Below, piece by piece: positions 54,334 to 63,866 of a DNA stretch of 64,000 bases. Position 1 is the first letter of the stretch, and every line of letters begins with the position of its first letter. The notes below the pieces were generated by a model, which saw nothing but the letters and a program-made list of their open reading frames with translations, ran no database searches and had not been told where the DNA came from. The DNA is from Candidatus Eiseniibacteriota bacterium (GTDB lineage: Bacteria > Eisenbacteria > RBG-16-71-46): the NCBI GenBank assembly GCA_041483195.1, contig JBGPFC010000018.1:15140-79139 (forward strand), given 5' to 3'. A program made the translations under genes and the position numbers.

Positions 54334-55857
54334 TCAATCGTCCCCCAGCCCGCTCAGCATGCTCTTCAGCATGTCCTTGTAACTGGTGCTGGCGTCTTCG
54401 CCGCGCTCGCGCGAGAGCATCGAGTGCTGGTGCAGGCCTTCGAGCACCAGCTCCATCGCGACCGCGCACTCCTCGGCGTTGGCCGGCTTCAGGTACCTGG
54501 TCGCGAGCGCGCCGAGCGCCTTCACCGAGCCGAGCTGCTTCGCGTACTCGGCCTGCGGCATCTCGTCCGAGATCTGCACGTGGTTGCCGCTCGCGAACCA
54601 TTCGAGCACCGGGCGGTACTCGCTGGTCGCGAGCGACTCGCCCTCGGTCGCGGCAGCTGCGGCTGCCTCGACGCCGCGCGGCGCGCGGCCGCGCTTGGGC
54701 TTGAACGCGTCGGGGAAGCGCTGCGCGAACAGCGACTTGAGCCCGCGCCCGAGCAGCGCGCGCGCCACGTTGATCGCGCCCTCCTGCTCCCCCTCCAGCA
54801 CCAGCTCCACCTTGCCGCTCACCGCGGAGACCGCGTGCTGCAGGTCGCACACGCGCGTCACGACCCGCGTCTCGCCGGAGCGGATGCCGCGGCGCTCCGC
54901 GTTCGACACCAGGTTCTCGATGAGCGCGATCGGCAGCCGCGCGGAGACGCCGGAGTTCTGGTCGACGTACTCGCTCTTGCGCGCCTGGATCGCGACCTCC
55001 TCCACCAGCTCGCGCATGAACGAGGGCACCACGACCTCGATCCCGCCCTCGCGCGCCACCCACGATTCCTGCGCGGTGATCGCCATCCCCAGCTCGCGCG
55101 TGGGCGGATAGTGCGTGACGATCTGCGAATTGATGCGGTCGCGCAGCGGCGTGATGATGTTGCCGCGATTGGTGTAGTCCTCGGGGTTCGCCGAGAACAC
55201 CATCGCGACGTCGAGCGGCATGCGCACCGGAAAGCCGCGGATCTGGAAGTCCTTCTCCTCGAGAATGTTCAGCAGCCCCACCTGGATGCGCGGCTGCAGG
55301 TCCGGCAGCTCGTTGATCGCGAAGATGCCGCGGTTGGTGCGCGGGATGATGCCGTAGTGGATGACGCGCTCGTCCGAGTAGTCGAGCTTGAGCGTGGCGG
55401 CCTTGATCGGATCGATGTCGCCGATCAGGTCGGCGATCGTCACGTCGGGCGTGGCGAGCTTCTCCTGGTAGCGCTGCTCGCGGTGGATCCACACGATCGG
55501 CGCCTCGTCGCCGTGCGCCTCGATCATGAGCTTCGCGTGGTGGGTGAGCGGCAGGAACGGGTCGCTGCTGAGCGGGCAGCCTTCGAGCGCGGGGATCCAC
55601 TCGTCGAGAAACTGCACCAGCGAGCGCAGCAGCCGCGTCTTCGCCTGTCCGCGCAGCCCGAGCAGGATGAAATCGTGGCGCGAGAGCAGCGCGTTCACGA
55701 TCTGCGGCTCGACGGTGCTCTCGTAGCCGACGATGCCGGGGAACAGCGTGTCGCCCGCGCGCAACCGCGCGATGACGTTGGCGCGCAGCTCGTCCTTGAC
55801 GCTGCGGGGGTGGTATCCGGCGGCCTTGAGCTCCCGGAGCGTGCGGGGTCGGGTCAT
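54334..55857 (-). CDS. AAA+ ATPase (Mg-chelatase-like), partner of the VWA protein
   Basis: GLRGQAKT Walker A, EKLATPD..IADLIGDIDP, INELPDL, SANPEDYTNRG. Confidence 0.88.
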   Translation of the reverse strand: MTRPRTLRELKAAGYHPRSVKDELRANVIARLRAGDTLFPGIVGYESTVEPQIVNALLSRHDFILLGLRGQAKTRLLRSLVQFLDEWIPALEGCPLSSDPFLPLTHHAKLMIEAHGDEAPIVWIHREQRYQEKLATPDVTIADLIGDIDPIKAATLKLDYSDERVIHYGIIPRTNRGIFAINELPDLQPRIQVGLLNILEEKDFQIRGFPVRMPLDVAMVFSANPEDYTNRGNIITPLRDRINSQIVTHYPPTRELGMAITAQESWVAREGGIEVVVPSFMRELVEEVAIQARKSEYVDQNSGVSARLPIALIENLVSNAERRGIRSGETRVVTRVCDLQHAVSAVSGKVELVLEGEQEGAINVARALLGRGLKSLFAQRFPDAFKPKRGRAPRGVEAAAAAATEGESLATSEYRPVLEWFASGNHVQISDEMPQAEYAKQLGSVKALGALATRYLKPANAEECAVAMELVLEGLHQHSMLSRERGEDASTSYKDMLKSMLSGLGDD

Positions 55858-56073
55858 CGAGGGCATCTCCTGGTGTGTGCAGGGAGCGCCGCTGCGGCGG
55901 GAGGCGCGAGAAGCAGAACCACGTGAGGGGAAAGTCTAGGGGCTCGTCCCCCGAGGCGCAACGTAGGCAATCGCCAGCCTTGCCGTGCCCTCGGCACGAC
56001 ATTAATCTCGCGACGAATCGGGGGTCCGTCGCGATCAGCGCGCCGGAGTTCCCAAGGCTCGAAGGAGGATCCC

Positions 56074-56475
56074 GTGCTCAAGGAATTCAAGGAGTTCCTG
56101 CTCAAGACCAACGCGCTCGCGCTGGCGGTCGGCGTCATCATCGGCGGAGCGGTCGGCAAGGTGGTGAGCTCGCTGGTGAGCGACGTCATGATGCCGGTCA
56201 TCGGCCTCGTCATTCCCGGCGGGGCGTGGCGCGACCTCAAGTTCGTGCTCACCACCAAGCCCGACGGCACGCCGCTCAACGCGGTGACGTACGGCCAGTT
56301 CATCGGCTCGATCGTGGACTTCGTGATCGTCGCGTTCGTGGTGTTCGTCGTCACGAAGGCGCTGCTCAAGCCGGCGCCCGCGCCGCCCGCGCCTCCGACC
56401 AAGGGCTGCAGGGAGTGCCTCGAGACCATTCCGGCCGCGGCCACGCGCTGCCGCGCGTGCGGGAGTCCCGCCTGA
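56074..56475 (+). CDS. mscL: Large-conductance mechanosensitive channel with C-terminal Cys4 ribbon
   Basis: LKEFKEF..NALALAVGVIIGGA..KVVSSLVSDVMMP, YGQFI; CRECLETIP..ATRCRAC. Confidence 0.92.
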   Translation: MLKEFKEFLLKTNALALAVGVIIGGAVGKVVSSLVSDVMMPVIGLVIPGGAWRDLKFVLTTKPDGTPLNAVTYGQFIGSIVDFVIVAFVVFVVTKALLKPAPAPPAPPTKGCRECLETIPAAATRCRACGSPA

Positions 56476-56516
56476 GGGAACGGATCCGCGCGCGCGCCTG
56501 CTAGACTCCGCGCCCC

Positions 56517-57665
56517 ATGACTCGCGATCCGAAGCTCGTCGAGGAGGCCGCCGCGCTCAAGCGCGCGCTCGACCAGTACCCCACACTCGCAGCGCTTCGA
56601 GGCTCGCCGGAGCGGGCGGCGCTCGAGGACCGCATCGCGCGCCTGCTGAGTGGCGTCCGGCGCCACGCGCCCGCGCGGCCGCCCGCGCCCCCCGCCGATC
56701 CCACGCGGCTCAAGGCGGTGCAGTGGAACGTCGAGCATGGCAACTGGTACGAGCAGGTCGAGCGCGCGCTGCTCACGCACCCGCAGCTCGCGAACGCCGA
56801 CCTCCTGATGTTCAACGAGATCGACCTCGGCATGGCGCGCGCGGGGAACCGCGACGTCACCTCCGATCTCGCGGCGGCGCTCGGCCTGCACGCGGCGTGG
56901 GCGCCGTTGTTCCTCGAGACCACGCCCGGCCGGGACGACGATCCGGCGATGGCGGCGGGCCGCTCGAACCAGGAGTCGCTGTTCGGACTCGCGGTGCTCT
57001 CGCGCCATCCGATCGGCGAGGTGCGGATCGTCGAGCTGCCGAGCCCGCAGGCCATCCAGTTCGATCTCGAGCGCATGGCCGGCCGCCACATCGGGCTGAT
57101 CGTGGAGATCGAGCGGCCGGGCGCGCCGTTCGTCGCGGTCTCGGCGCACCTCGAGGTGCATCGCACGCGCGCGCACCGCGAGGCGCAGGTGCGCGCGCTG
57201 CTCGATGCGCTGCGCGACGAGCGGCGGCCGATCGTGCTGGCCGGCGATTTCAACACGCACACGTTCGATCGCGGGCTGTGGCACTCGCCATTTTCGGGCG
57301 GCGCGACGCTGCTGCTGTTCCCCACCACCGCGCTCGAACGGCGGCTGACGCGGCCCGATCTCGGCCGCTCTCACGAGCCGCTGTTCGACGCGCTGCGCAC
57401 GGCGGGCTTCGAGTGGGAACGCTGGGTGGACTACGCGCCCACGCTGCAGCTGCGCTTCGACCGGCTCGACGAGGTGACCATGATGCCGCGGCCGATGCAG
57501 GCGCTGGTGCACCGCCTGCTGAAATGGGCCGAGCGCCGCGGGCGGCTGCGGCTCGACTGGTTCGCGGGGCGCGGCTGGCGCGGCGGCCGAGGCGCCACCG
57601 TGCACGGCCTCGATGGTCGCGGCCTGGCCTCTGACCACGCGCCGATCGTCGCGGAATTCGAATAG
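56517..57665 (+). CDS. Endonuclease/exonuclease/phosphatase family protein
   Basis: WNVEHG, NEID.GMAR, SAHL, GDFN, RLDW, SDH. Confidence 0.88.
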   Translation: MTRDPKLVEEAAALKRALDQYPTLAALRGSPERAALEDRIARLLSGVRRHAPARPPAPPADPTRLKAVQWNVEHGNWYEQVERALLTHPQLANADLLMFNEIDLGMARAGNRDVTSDLAAALGLHAAWAPLFLETTPGRDDDPAMAAGRSNQESLFGLAVLSRHPIGEVRIVELPSPQAIQFDLERMAGRHIGLIVEIERPGAPFVAVSAHLEVHRTRAHREAQVRALLDALRDERRPIVLAGDFNTHTFDRGLWHSPFSGGATLLLFPTTALERRLTRPDLGRSHEPLFDALRTAGFEWERWVDYAPTLQLRFDRLDEVTMMPRPMQALVHRLLKWAERRGRLRLDWFAGRGWRGGRGATVHGLDGRGLASDHAPIVAEFE

Positions 57666-57674
57666 GAGACGCCG

Positions 57675-58469
57675 ATGACCGGGCCGGATGACTTCGCGAT
57701 CGTCACGCACGAGCTGACCCGGCGCTTCGGCGACCAGTTCGCCGTGAACGGCGTCGCGCTCCACGTTCCGCGCGGCGCGTTCTACGGATTCGTCGGCCCC
57801 AACGGCGCCGGCAAGTCCACGACCATCAACATCCTCACCGGGATGTTGGCGCAGAGCGCGGGCACCGCGCGCATCCTGGGTCTCGACCTCGACGCGGAGT
57901 CGCTCGCGATCAAGCGCCGCATCGGCGTGGTGCCCGACGGGCCGCACCTGTTCGACCGCCTCACCGGCGCCGAACAGCTGCGCTTCGCGGCGCGGATTCG
58001 CGGCCTCGACCGCCGCACCGCCGATCAGCGCACCGATGCGCTGCTCGGCAGCATGGATCTGCTGGGCGAGGCCGGGAAGCTGATCGGCAGCTACTCGCAC
58101 GGCATGCGCAAGAAGCTCTCGCTCGCGTGTGCGCTCATCCACAACCCCGAGCTGCTGTTCCTCGACGAGCCGTTCGAGGGCATCGACGTGGTGGCGACGC
58201 GGCACATCCGCGACATCCTGGCGCGGCTCATCGCGAGCGGGCACACCACGGTGTTTCTCACATCGCACATCCTCGAAGTCGTCGAGAAGCTCTGCACCCA
58301 CATCGGCATCATCGCCGGCGGCCGGCTCGCCCTGGAGGGCGCCCTCGACGCCCTGCGCGCGGGGGATGGCGGGCATGTGCGCACGCTCGAAGACCGCTTC
58401 CTCGAAGTGGTGGGCGCGCCCGCCGAGAAGCCGGCGCTCGACTGGCTGGGGGCCGGCGAACGGACATGA
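57675..58469 (+). CDS. ABC exporter ATP-binding protein
   Basis: GPNGAGKST, YSHGMRKK, LDEPFEGID, TSH. Confidence 0.92.
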   Translation: MTGPDDFAIVTHELTRRFGDQFAVNGVALHVPRGAFYGFVGPNGAGKSTTINILTGMLAQSAGTARILGLDLDAESLAIKRRIGVVPDGPHLFDRLTGAEQLRFAARIRGLDRRTADQRTDALLGSMDLLGEAGKLIGSYSHGMRKKLSLACALIHNPELLFLDEPFEGIDVVATRHIRDILARLIASGHTTVFLTSHILEVVEKLCTHIGIIAGGRLALEGALDALRAGDGGHVRTLEDRFLEVVGAPAEKPALDWLGAGERT

Positions 58470-60073
58470 CGCAGCTCCTGCTGCTGCTCCAGCTCCGCCT
58501 GCGGCTGATCGCGCGCGTCGTTCAGGGCGGCGCGGGACGGCAGGTGGGACGATGGCCGCTCCTCTTCCTGTTCGTCCTCGCGGGCGTGCTGCTCATGACC
58601 GGCCTCTCGGTCGCCCCCGCCGCGTTCATGGCGGTGAGCGAGCATGGCGCGGGTGGATTGCTCGCGGCCATCGGGCTGATCCATCTGGGCTGGCTCGTGA
58701 TGGCGATGTTGATGACCTCGCTGAGCGAGGCGCTCGATCTGCGGCGCATGCTGCGCTACCCGGTCAGCCCGCGACTCGTCTATCTGTTCAACATCGCCGC
58801 CACGCCGATCGACCTGCCGGCGCTGGTGTTCGTGCCGTCGCTGATGGCGTGCGTGCTCGCCGCGGGGCTCCGGATGGGGCCGCTGGCCGGCGCGGGTACG
58901 GCGCTGGCGGTGTCGTTCATCGCGCTCTACACCGGCGCGCTGCTCCAGCTCGCGAACACGGCGTTCGAACGGTTCCTCCGGCACGAGTGGGTGCGCGCGA
59001 TCGCCGGGCTGCTGCTCGCGCTCTTCTTCGTCGCGCCGCAGATGATGGGCCGGGTGCGCGCCCATGCCGCCGACCTCGTGGAGCTGGGGGTGGGCATCGG
59101 CGCATCGCTGCGCTGGGTTCCCACCGTCTCGCTCCCCGCGCTGATCGCGCAGGGCGCGATGACCGGCGATCCGCTCCAGCTCGCCGCCGGCACGGCCGGG
59201 GCCGCGATTCTCCTCTACCTGATCGCGGCGCTGGGCGCGGCGTTCGCGGTGCAGGTCGCGCGCGCGCCGGAGCCGGTCGCGCGCGTGCGCGCGCGGGTCG
59301 GAGCGGCACCCGCGCGATCGCGCACGCTCGACACGCGAGTGCCCGGCCAGATCGCCACGCTGCTCGGGCGGGAGCTGCGTTATCTCGCGCGCAATCCCGC
59401 TCTGATCGTGAATCTGGGACTGCTTCCCGTGTACCTCTACTTCTTCGTGGTGGCCAGGCCCCTGGGACGCACGGGCGGCGAGTACTTCGCGGTCTTCTGG
59501 GTGATCCAGATCGTCTCGACGTACGCGTTGAACCAGTTCGGATTCGACCGCGGCGGGGTGCGGCAGTTCTTCATGCTCCCGGTCTCGACGCGTCGCGTGG
59601 TCGTCGCGAAGAACCTCCTGATCTCGCTGGTGACCGTCGTCACCGCGGGCCTCGCCGCGCTCACGCTCGCGCTGTTGCGGCAGCCGCTCTCGTCGGCGCA
59701 GAGCATCCGGGCGGGACTTATCCTCCTGCTGTGCCTCCCTCTCAACCTGATCAGCGGCAACATCAGCTCCGTGCGGGTGGCGCTGCCGATGCGCGCCTCG
59801 TTCGGCCCGGCGCGCCGCGGACGGGGATGGGCCAACGTCGGCCGCTCGCTCGGCGTCATGCTCGGCCAGGTCGTCGCGGTGGCGGTGCCGCTGGTACTCG
59901 CGATCATCGCCCCTCCCGAGCGGCGTTTCATGGTAGGGGCGATCGGGCTCGGGCTCGAGACGGTCGCCGCGTGGGCATGGTGGTGGTCCACGCTCGACCG
60001 CGCGGCGCGGCGGCTGAGCGACGAGCGCGAGTCGCTGCTGACGGCGCTCGCGAGCGCGAACGAGGAAGGCTGA
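58466..60073 (+). CDS. ABC exporter permease
   Basis: ATGA-coupled to the ATPase; many TM segments; NQFGFDRGG...MLPVS motif. Confidence 0.8.
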   Translation: MTQLLLLLQLRLRLIARVVQGGAGRQVGRWPLLFLFVLAGVLLMTGLSVAPAAFMAVSEHGAGGLLAAIGLIHLGWLVMAMLMTSLSEALDLRRMLRYPVSPRLVYLFNIAATPIDLPALVFVPSLMACVLAAGLRMGPLAGAGTALAVSFIALYTGALLQLANTAFERFLRHEWVRAIAGLLLALFFVAPQMMGRVRAHAADLVELGVGIGASLRWVPTVSLPALIAQGAMTGDPLQLAAGTAGAAILLYLIAALGAAFAVQVARAPEPVARVRARVGAAPARSRTLDTRVPGQIATLLGRELRYLARNPALIVNLGLLPVYLYFFVVARPLGRTGGEYFAVFWVIQIVSTYALNQFGFDRGGVRQFFMLPVSTRRVVVAKNLLISLVTVVTAGLAALTLALLRQPLSSAQSIRAGLILLLCLPLNLISGNISSVRVALPMRASFGPARRGRGWANVGRSLGVMLGQVVAVAVPLVLAIIAPPERRFMVGAIGLGLETVAAWAWWWSTLDRAARRLSDERESLLTALASANEEG

Positions 60074-60172
60074 GGCGAGCCGCGGCCATCGTCGCGCTTG
60101 CGTGCCGCGCGCGGACCGTGGCTTAATCGTTGGCCCGGCCCCACCCTCGTCCCCAACCATCGGAACCCCACC

Positions 60173-61426
60173 GTGTCGAATCCCGCCCGCAACACGCTCG
60201 CCGTGATCGGCGCCGGACCGATCGGTCTCGAGGCCGCGCTCGCCGCGCTCGATCGCGGGCTCGACGTTCACGTCTTCGAGCAGGGCGAGGTGGGCTCGCA
60301 TCCGCTCGCGTGGGGTCACGTGCGCATGTTCACACCGTGGCGCATGAATCTCGGGCCGGCATCGCTCGGCCATCTGCGCGTCGCGGGCTGGACCGCGCCC
60401 GATCCCGAGTCGTGCCCCACCGGGGCCGAGCTGGCCGAGCGATACCTCGCGCCGCTCGCGGCGCTCCCGGAGCTGAAGCCCCGCATTCACACGCACGCGC
60501 AGGTGGTGCACGCGAGCCGCCGCGACCTCTTGAAGGGCGATCTGATCGGCGACCCGCGGCGTGCCGATCATCCATTCCGGCTCCTGGTGCGCGACCCGGG
60601 CGGGCGCGAGAGCTACATTCACGCGTTCGCGTTGATCGACGCCTCCGGCGTTTACGCCAGCCCGAACTGGGCGGGTGATGGCGGTATTCCGGCGCGCAGC
60701 GAGCTGTACCTCGCGCCCCAGCTCTCGTATCACGTGGACGACGTGCGCGGTCTCGCGCGCGAGCGCTACGCCGGCCGGCGCACGCTGGTGATCGGCGGCG
60801 GAACCAGCGCCGCGACCTCGATCGCATCGCTCGCCGCGCTCGCGGCCGAGACGCCCGGGACCAGCGCGGTGTGGGTGACGCGCGAGGGCGCGGACACGCT
60901 CATGCCCGCGGTCGCGGACGATCCGCTCGCGGAGCGGCGCGCGCTCTACGAGCGGGCGCGGGAGCTAGCGCGCGGCGCGGATCCTGCGATCGCCCACGTC
61001 GGTGGCATGGCGGTCGATGGCTTCGAGTTCAACTCGGCGACGCACCGCTACCGCGCGACGCTGCGGAGCGTCGGCGAGAGCGCCGGGCGCGAGCATGCGC
61101 GCGTGGAAGAGGCGGACCAGGTGATCGTCAACACCGGCTTCGGCCCCGACAACTCCATCTATCGGGAGCTGCAGGTGCACGAGTGCTACGCCTCGCGCGG
61201 CCCCATGAACCTTTCGGGCGCGCTGCTCGGCGCGGGCGGCGCCGACTGCCTGAGCGTGCCAGCTTTCGGCGTGGACGTGCTGCGGAGCCCGGAGCCGCGC
61301 TTCTTCATCCTCGGCCACAAGTCGTACGGCCGGAATCCCAACTTCCTGCTCGAGACCGGATACACGCAGGTCGCAGAGGTGGTCGCGGCGCTGGCCAGCG
61401 AGCTCGGGGCCGAAGCCCCGGCTTGA
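60173..61426 (+). CDS. FAD/NAD(P)-dependent oxidoreductase (flavin monooxygenase-like)
   Basis: VIGAGPIGLEAA, WGHVRMF, IDASG, VIGGGTSA, GHKSYGR. Confidence 0.85.
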   Translation: MSNPARNTLAVIGAGPIGLEAALAALDRGLDVHVFEQGEVGSHPLAWGHVRMFTPWRMNLGPASLGHLRVAGWTAPDPESCPTGAELAERYLAPLAALPELKPRIHTHAQVVHASRRDLLKGDLIGDPRRADHPFRLLVRDPGGRESYIHAFALIDASGVYASPNWAGDGGIPARSELYLAPQLSYHVDDVRGLARERYAGRRTLVIGGGTSAATSIASLAALAAETPGTSAVWVTREGADTLMPAVADDPLAERRALYERARELARGADPAIAHVGGMAVDGFEFNSATHRYRATLRSVGESAGREHARVEEADQVIVNTGFGPDNSIYRELQVHECYASRGPMNLSGALLGAGGADCLSVPAFGVDVLRSPEPRFFILGHKSYGRNPNFLLETGYTQVAEVVAALASELGAEAPA

Positions 61427-61524
61427 GGAACGAGACGGAACCATCGAGAACGAACCCTTGTGATGTCGGACAGGGGCCCAGTCCAATAGGCGGCGGACCG
61501 GCGACACCGGACCATCTTCTGCTC

Positions 61525-61534
61525 GTTAGCCGGC
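61525..61534 (+). other. Integron core site (GTTRRRY) starting first cassette
   Basis: GTTAGCCGGC, 9/10 match to the reverse complement of GCCGGCTGAC (62435-62444) at the cassette end. Confidence 0.7.
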
Positions 61535-61558
61535 AACCGCCTCTCCAAGGAGCCTCGA

Positions 61559-62083
61559 GTGGGTCTAACAGAGAAGGCTATCGAAGCTGGTGTGGATGCG
61601 GCCATCAAGGCTCGCGAAGAGCGGGATAAGCGTCGCAAGATTACGGATGAGGCCACTATCAGGGTATGCATTAGAGTAGATTGTCTTGTCGAGGACGCTA
61701 GCTTTGCTCCGCCTCTTGACGTGTTCGTAAACGGCGTCCGAAAGCCCCAGGGCATCAACGTGGCCGGAAGCGAGAAGAGGAACGAGTGCGCGCTATGGCT
61801 AACATTGGGCGTTGATGCTGACGGTGTGCGGCCGCTCGTTGTCCGCCTGGTGCCAGTTGATGGGGCTGGGGCCCATTTCAAGACGGGAGAATCGGCGTCG
61901 ATGCGCCTTGAGCCTGCATTCTATCGAAATGAGGTTGAAAAGGTTGGCAGAGACTTCGCCGATCCAGAGCTCAAGCGATCGGACACCCCACCTCACACCA
62001 TTCGTGTCCGTATCGAACCTCGTCGCGCTGGACTCTTCAAGACCCGCAAGGCCACTGACATCCCGAGGGACTGGCGCGCCTAG
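61559..62083 (+). CDS. Hypothetical cassette-borne protein
   Basis: AAGGAG SD + GTG; more A/T-ending codons than host genes; no family recognised. Confidence 0.65.
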   Translation: MGLTEKAIEAGVDAAIKAREERDKRRKITDEATIRVCIRVDCLVEDASFAPPLDVFVNGVRKPQGINVAGSEKRNECALWLTLGVDADGVRPLVVRLVPVDGAGAHFKTGESASMRLEPAFYRNEVEKVGRDFADPELKRSDTPPHTIRVRIEPRRAGLFKTRKATDIPRDWRA

Positions 62084-62137
62084 GCCGAGCGGGGCCGCTT
62101 CGTGGGTCCAGCGGAGTCGAGGAGGTCTAGAGCGAAT

Positions 62138-62443
62138 ATGCGCGGGCCACTGACTCGCTGGGTACTGACCGTTTACCTCCTTCTCGTGCTGGCCGCGCTC
62201 GTGGTCGCTGCCCTGCGGCTGAGTCAATCCATCGAGATGCCGGGCCTGGCCGCCATTGAGCTGGTGCTCCTCGCGCTACCCTGGAGCCTCGCGCTCCGCG
62301 TCGAGCCCCTCTCGCGCCTTGGCTTGGGCGGAATGACCGCCATCGTGCTTGGCGGCCTGGTGCTCAATGGACTCATTCTCAACCGGCTGGCAGCCTGGCT
62401 GCAGCGGCGCGGGTCACGGCATGACACGCGAAACGCCGGCTGA
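62138..62443 (+). CDS. Small membrane protein (cassette)
   Basis: GGAGG SD; about 3 TM with LLALPWS motif; stop codon lies within the attC R'' box. Confidence 0.7.
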   Translation: MRGPLTRWVLTVYLLLVLAALVVAALRLSQSIEMPGLAAIELVLLALPWSLALRVEPLSRLGLGGMTAIVLGGLVLNGLILNRLAAWLQRRGSRHDTRNAG

Positions 62444-62494
62444 CCTGTCGATGCAGCGGACGCCTGTCGGCGCCACTGATTTCCCACGTTAGGC
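62438..62494 (+). mobile_element. Integron attC site 1
   Basis: GGCTGAC...TGCAGCGGACGCCTGTCGGCGCCACTGA...CGTTAGGC, 57-bp imperfect palindrome. Confidence 0.85.
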
Positions 62495-62515
62495 ACCCGA
62501 AATTGTCATCCGCGC

Positions 62516-62989
62516 GTGCACATCAACCCTGACCACTTCCTGCAGACCGAGAACGGTCGCGTCATCACGCCTGAACTCAACAGGGCGGCGTGGGAGAAAT
62601 CCTTCGAAGCCCTGAGCCGGGGGCTCCGAGACGCGAATCCATCAACCAGGGTCTTCGTCCTTGTCGGCCCCCAGGGTGCCGGGAAGTCTACGTGGGCGAA
62701 GTCACGGGGCCCAAGCGCTCCGAACTCGATTTTCTTCGACGCGATCCTGGTCAAGAAGGCCGAGCGCGCACCCATCCTTGCCGCGGCCAGCGCGCATTCG
62801 GTGAGGACGATCGCCGTTTGGTTCAAGACGCCACTCGAGGTCTGCATCTCCCGCAATGCATCACGGCCGGCTGACGAAGTTGTTCCTGAGCAGGCCGTGC
62901 GAAACGTGTACGCTGCTATTGAACCACCGAGCACCGCCGAGGGCTTTGAGGAGGTCATCGAGGTGGCATGCGGTGAAGCAGATGCCTGA
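62516..62989 (+). CDS. P-loop kinase / AAA_33-like protein (cassette)
   Basis: LVGPQGAGKSTW, TPLEVCISRNASR..VPEQAV..EPPSTAEGF; stop within R'' box. Confidence 0.8.
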   Translation: MHINPDHFLQTENGRVITPELNRAAWEKSFEALSRGLRDANPSTRVFVLVGPQGAGKSTWAKSRGPSAPNSIFFDAILVKKAERAPILAAASAHSVRTIAVWFKTPLEVCISRNASRPADEVVPEQAVRNVYAAIEPPSTAEGFEEVIEVACGEADA

Positions 62990-63043
62990 CCCTTCGTTGC
63001 ACCGGACTTGCCCTCGGCAAGCCGGCGCACTCAATCGTTAGGC
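62984..63043 (+). mobile_element. Integron attC site 2
   Basis: GCCTGAC CCTTCGTTGCACCGGACTTGCCCTCGGCAAGCCGGCGCACTCAATC GTTAGGC, 60 bp. Confidence 0.88.
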
Positions 63044-63051
63044 CACATACA

Positions 63052-63477
63052 ATGGACAAATCAGGTCACCAAGAGTGGCTGCGGGCGGCGATTCTCGTGG
63101 GCGCCTTGTACCTTGTCGTCGGGGTCGCATTCGCTGCGCTCGCCGGTCGGTCCGGGTCCAATCAGATGCGAGTCGCGTGGCGTCTGGCCGCGTGGGTGAT
63201 CAGCGCCGCCGCGTTCGCGGCGCACATAGGTCACGAACGCGTGCGGCTACGCAGCTCGCATCGGACGACGGCACTACACTCGTCGTTGGCCGTCGCCCTG
63301 GGGGCCTTCGGACTCGCGGTCGCGGCAAATGTTCATGCGCAGGCCGCCTCAAGCCACCCACACTCCCGCGCCCTCGCGCTCGCCCTTGTCGTATGGCCGG
63401 TGGTGACGGCGCTGCCGGCGTTTGTGATCGCACTCGCCGCGAGTGCCGTTCTTGCACCAGGGCGGCGGACCGACTGA
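63052..63477 (+). CDS. Four-TM membrane protein (cassette)
   Basis: ATG 8 nt after attC2; four hydrophobic segments. Confidence 0.7.
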   Translation: MDKSGHQEWLRAAILVGALYLVVGVAFAALAGRSGSNQMRVAWRLAAWVISAAAFAAHIGHERVRLRSSHRTTALHSSLAVALGAFGLAVAANVHAQAASSHPHSRALALALVVWPVVTALPAFVIALAASAVLAPGRRTD

Positions 63478-63490
63478 AGGAGAAGAAGCC

Positions 63491-63862
63491 ATGGGACCTG
63501 GACCCAAGGCCAAGGCCAAGGCGAAGACCATCGACGAGTACCTCGCGGCGTTGAGCGACGACAAGCGAGCCGCGCTCGAACGCCTGCGAAGGACGATCCG
63601 GGCCGCAGTTCCGAGAGCTGAAGAGTGCATCAGCTACCAGCTCCCTGCCTTCCGTCTGGACGGGAGAATGCTCGTGTGGTTTGGCGCATCCTCGAATCAC
63701 TGCGCCTTCTACCCGGGCGCCGTCGTGGAAGCCCACAAGGACGAGCTCACGGACTACGAGACCAGCAAGGGCACCATTCGTTTTCAGGCGGACCATCCCT
63801 TACCCGCCGCGCTCATAAGGAAGCTGCTGAAGGCTCGGATCACCAGGAACGCCGCCCGCTAG
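63491..63862 (+). CDS. DUF1801 (YdhG-like) protein
   Basis: TIDEYL..LERLRRTIRAAVP.AEECISYQLPAF...SKGTIRF....PLP. Confidence 0.88.
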   Translation: MGPGPKAKAKAKTIDEYLAALSDDKRAALERLRRTIRAAVPRAEECISYQLPAFRLDGRMLVWFGASSNHCAFYPGAVVEAHKDELTDYETSKGTIRFQADHPLPAALIRKLLKARITRNAAR

Positions 63863-63866
63863 CTAG

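Noticed and set aside
61427..61524. attI site or integrase remnant upstream of the array
   Set aside because: No recognisable tyrosine recombinase fragment, and attI cannot be identified by eye.
62078..62137. Possible attC between the two genes of the first cassette
   Set aside because: No GTT core site or convincing palindrome; the outer boundaries match each other instead.
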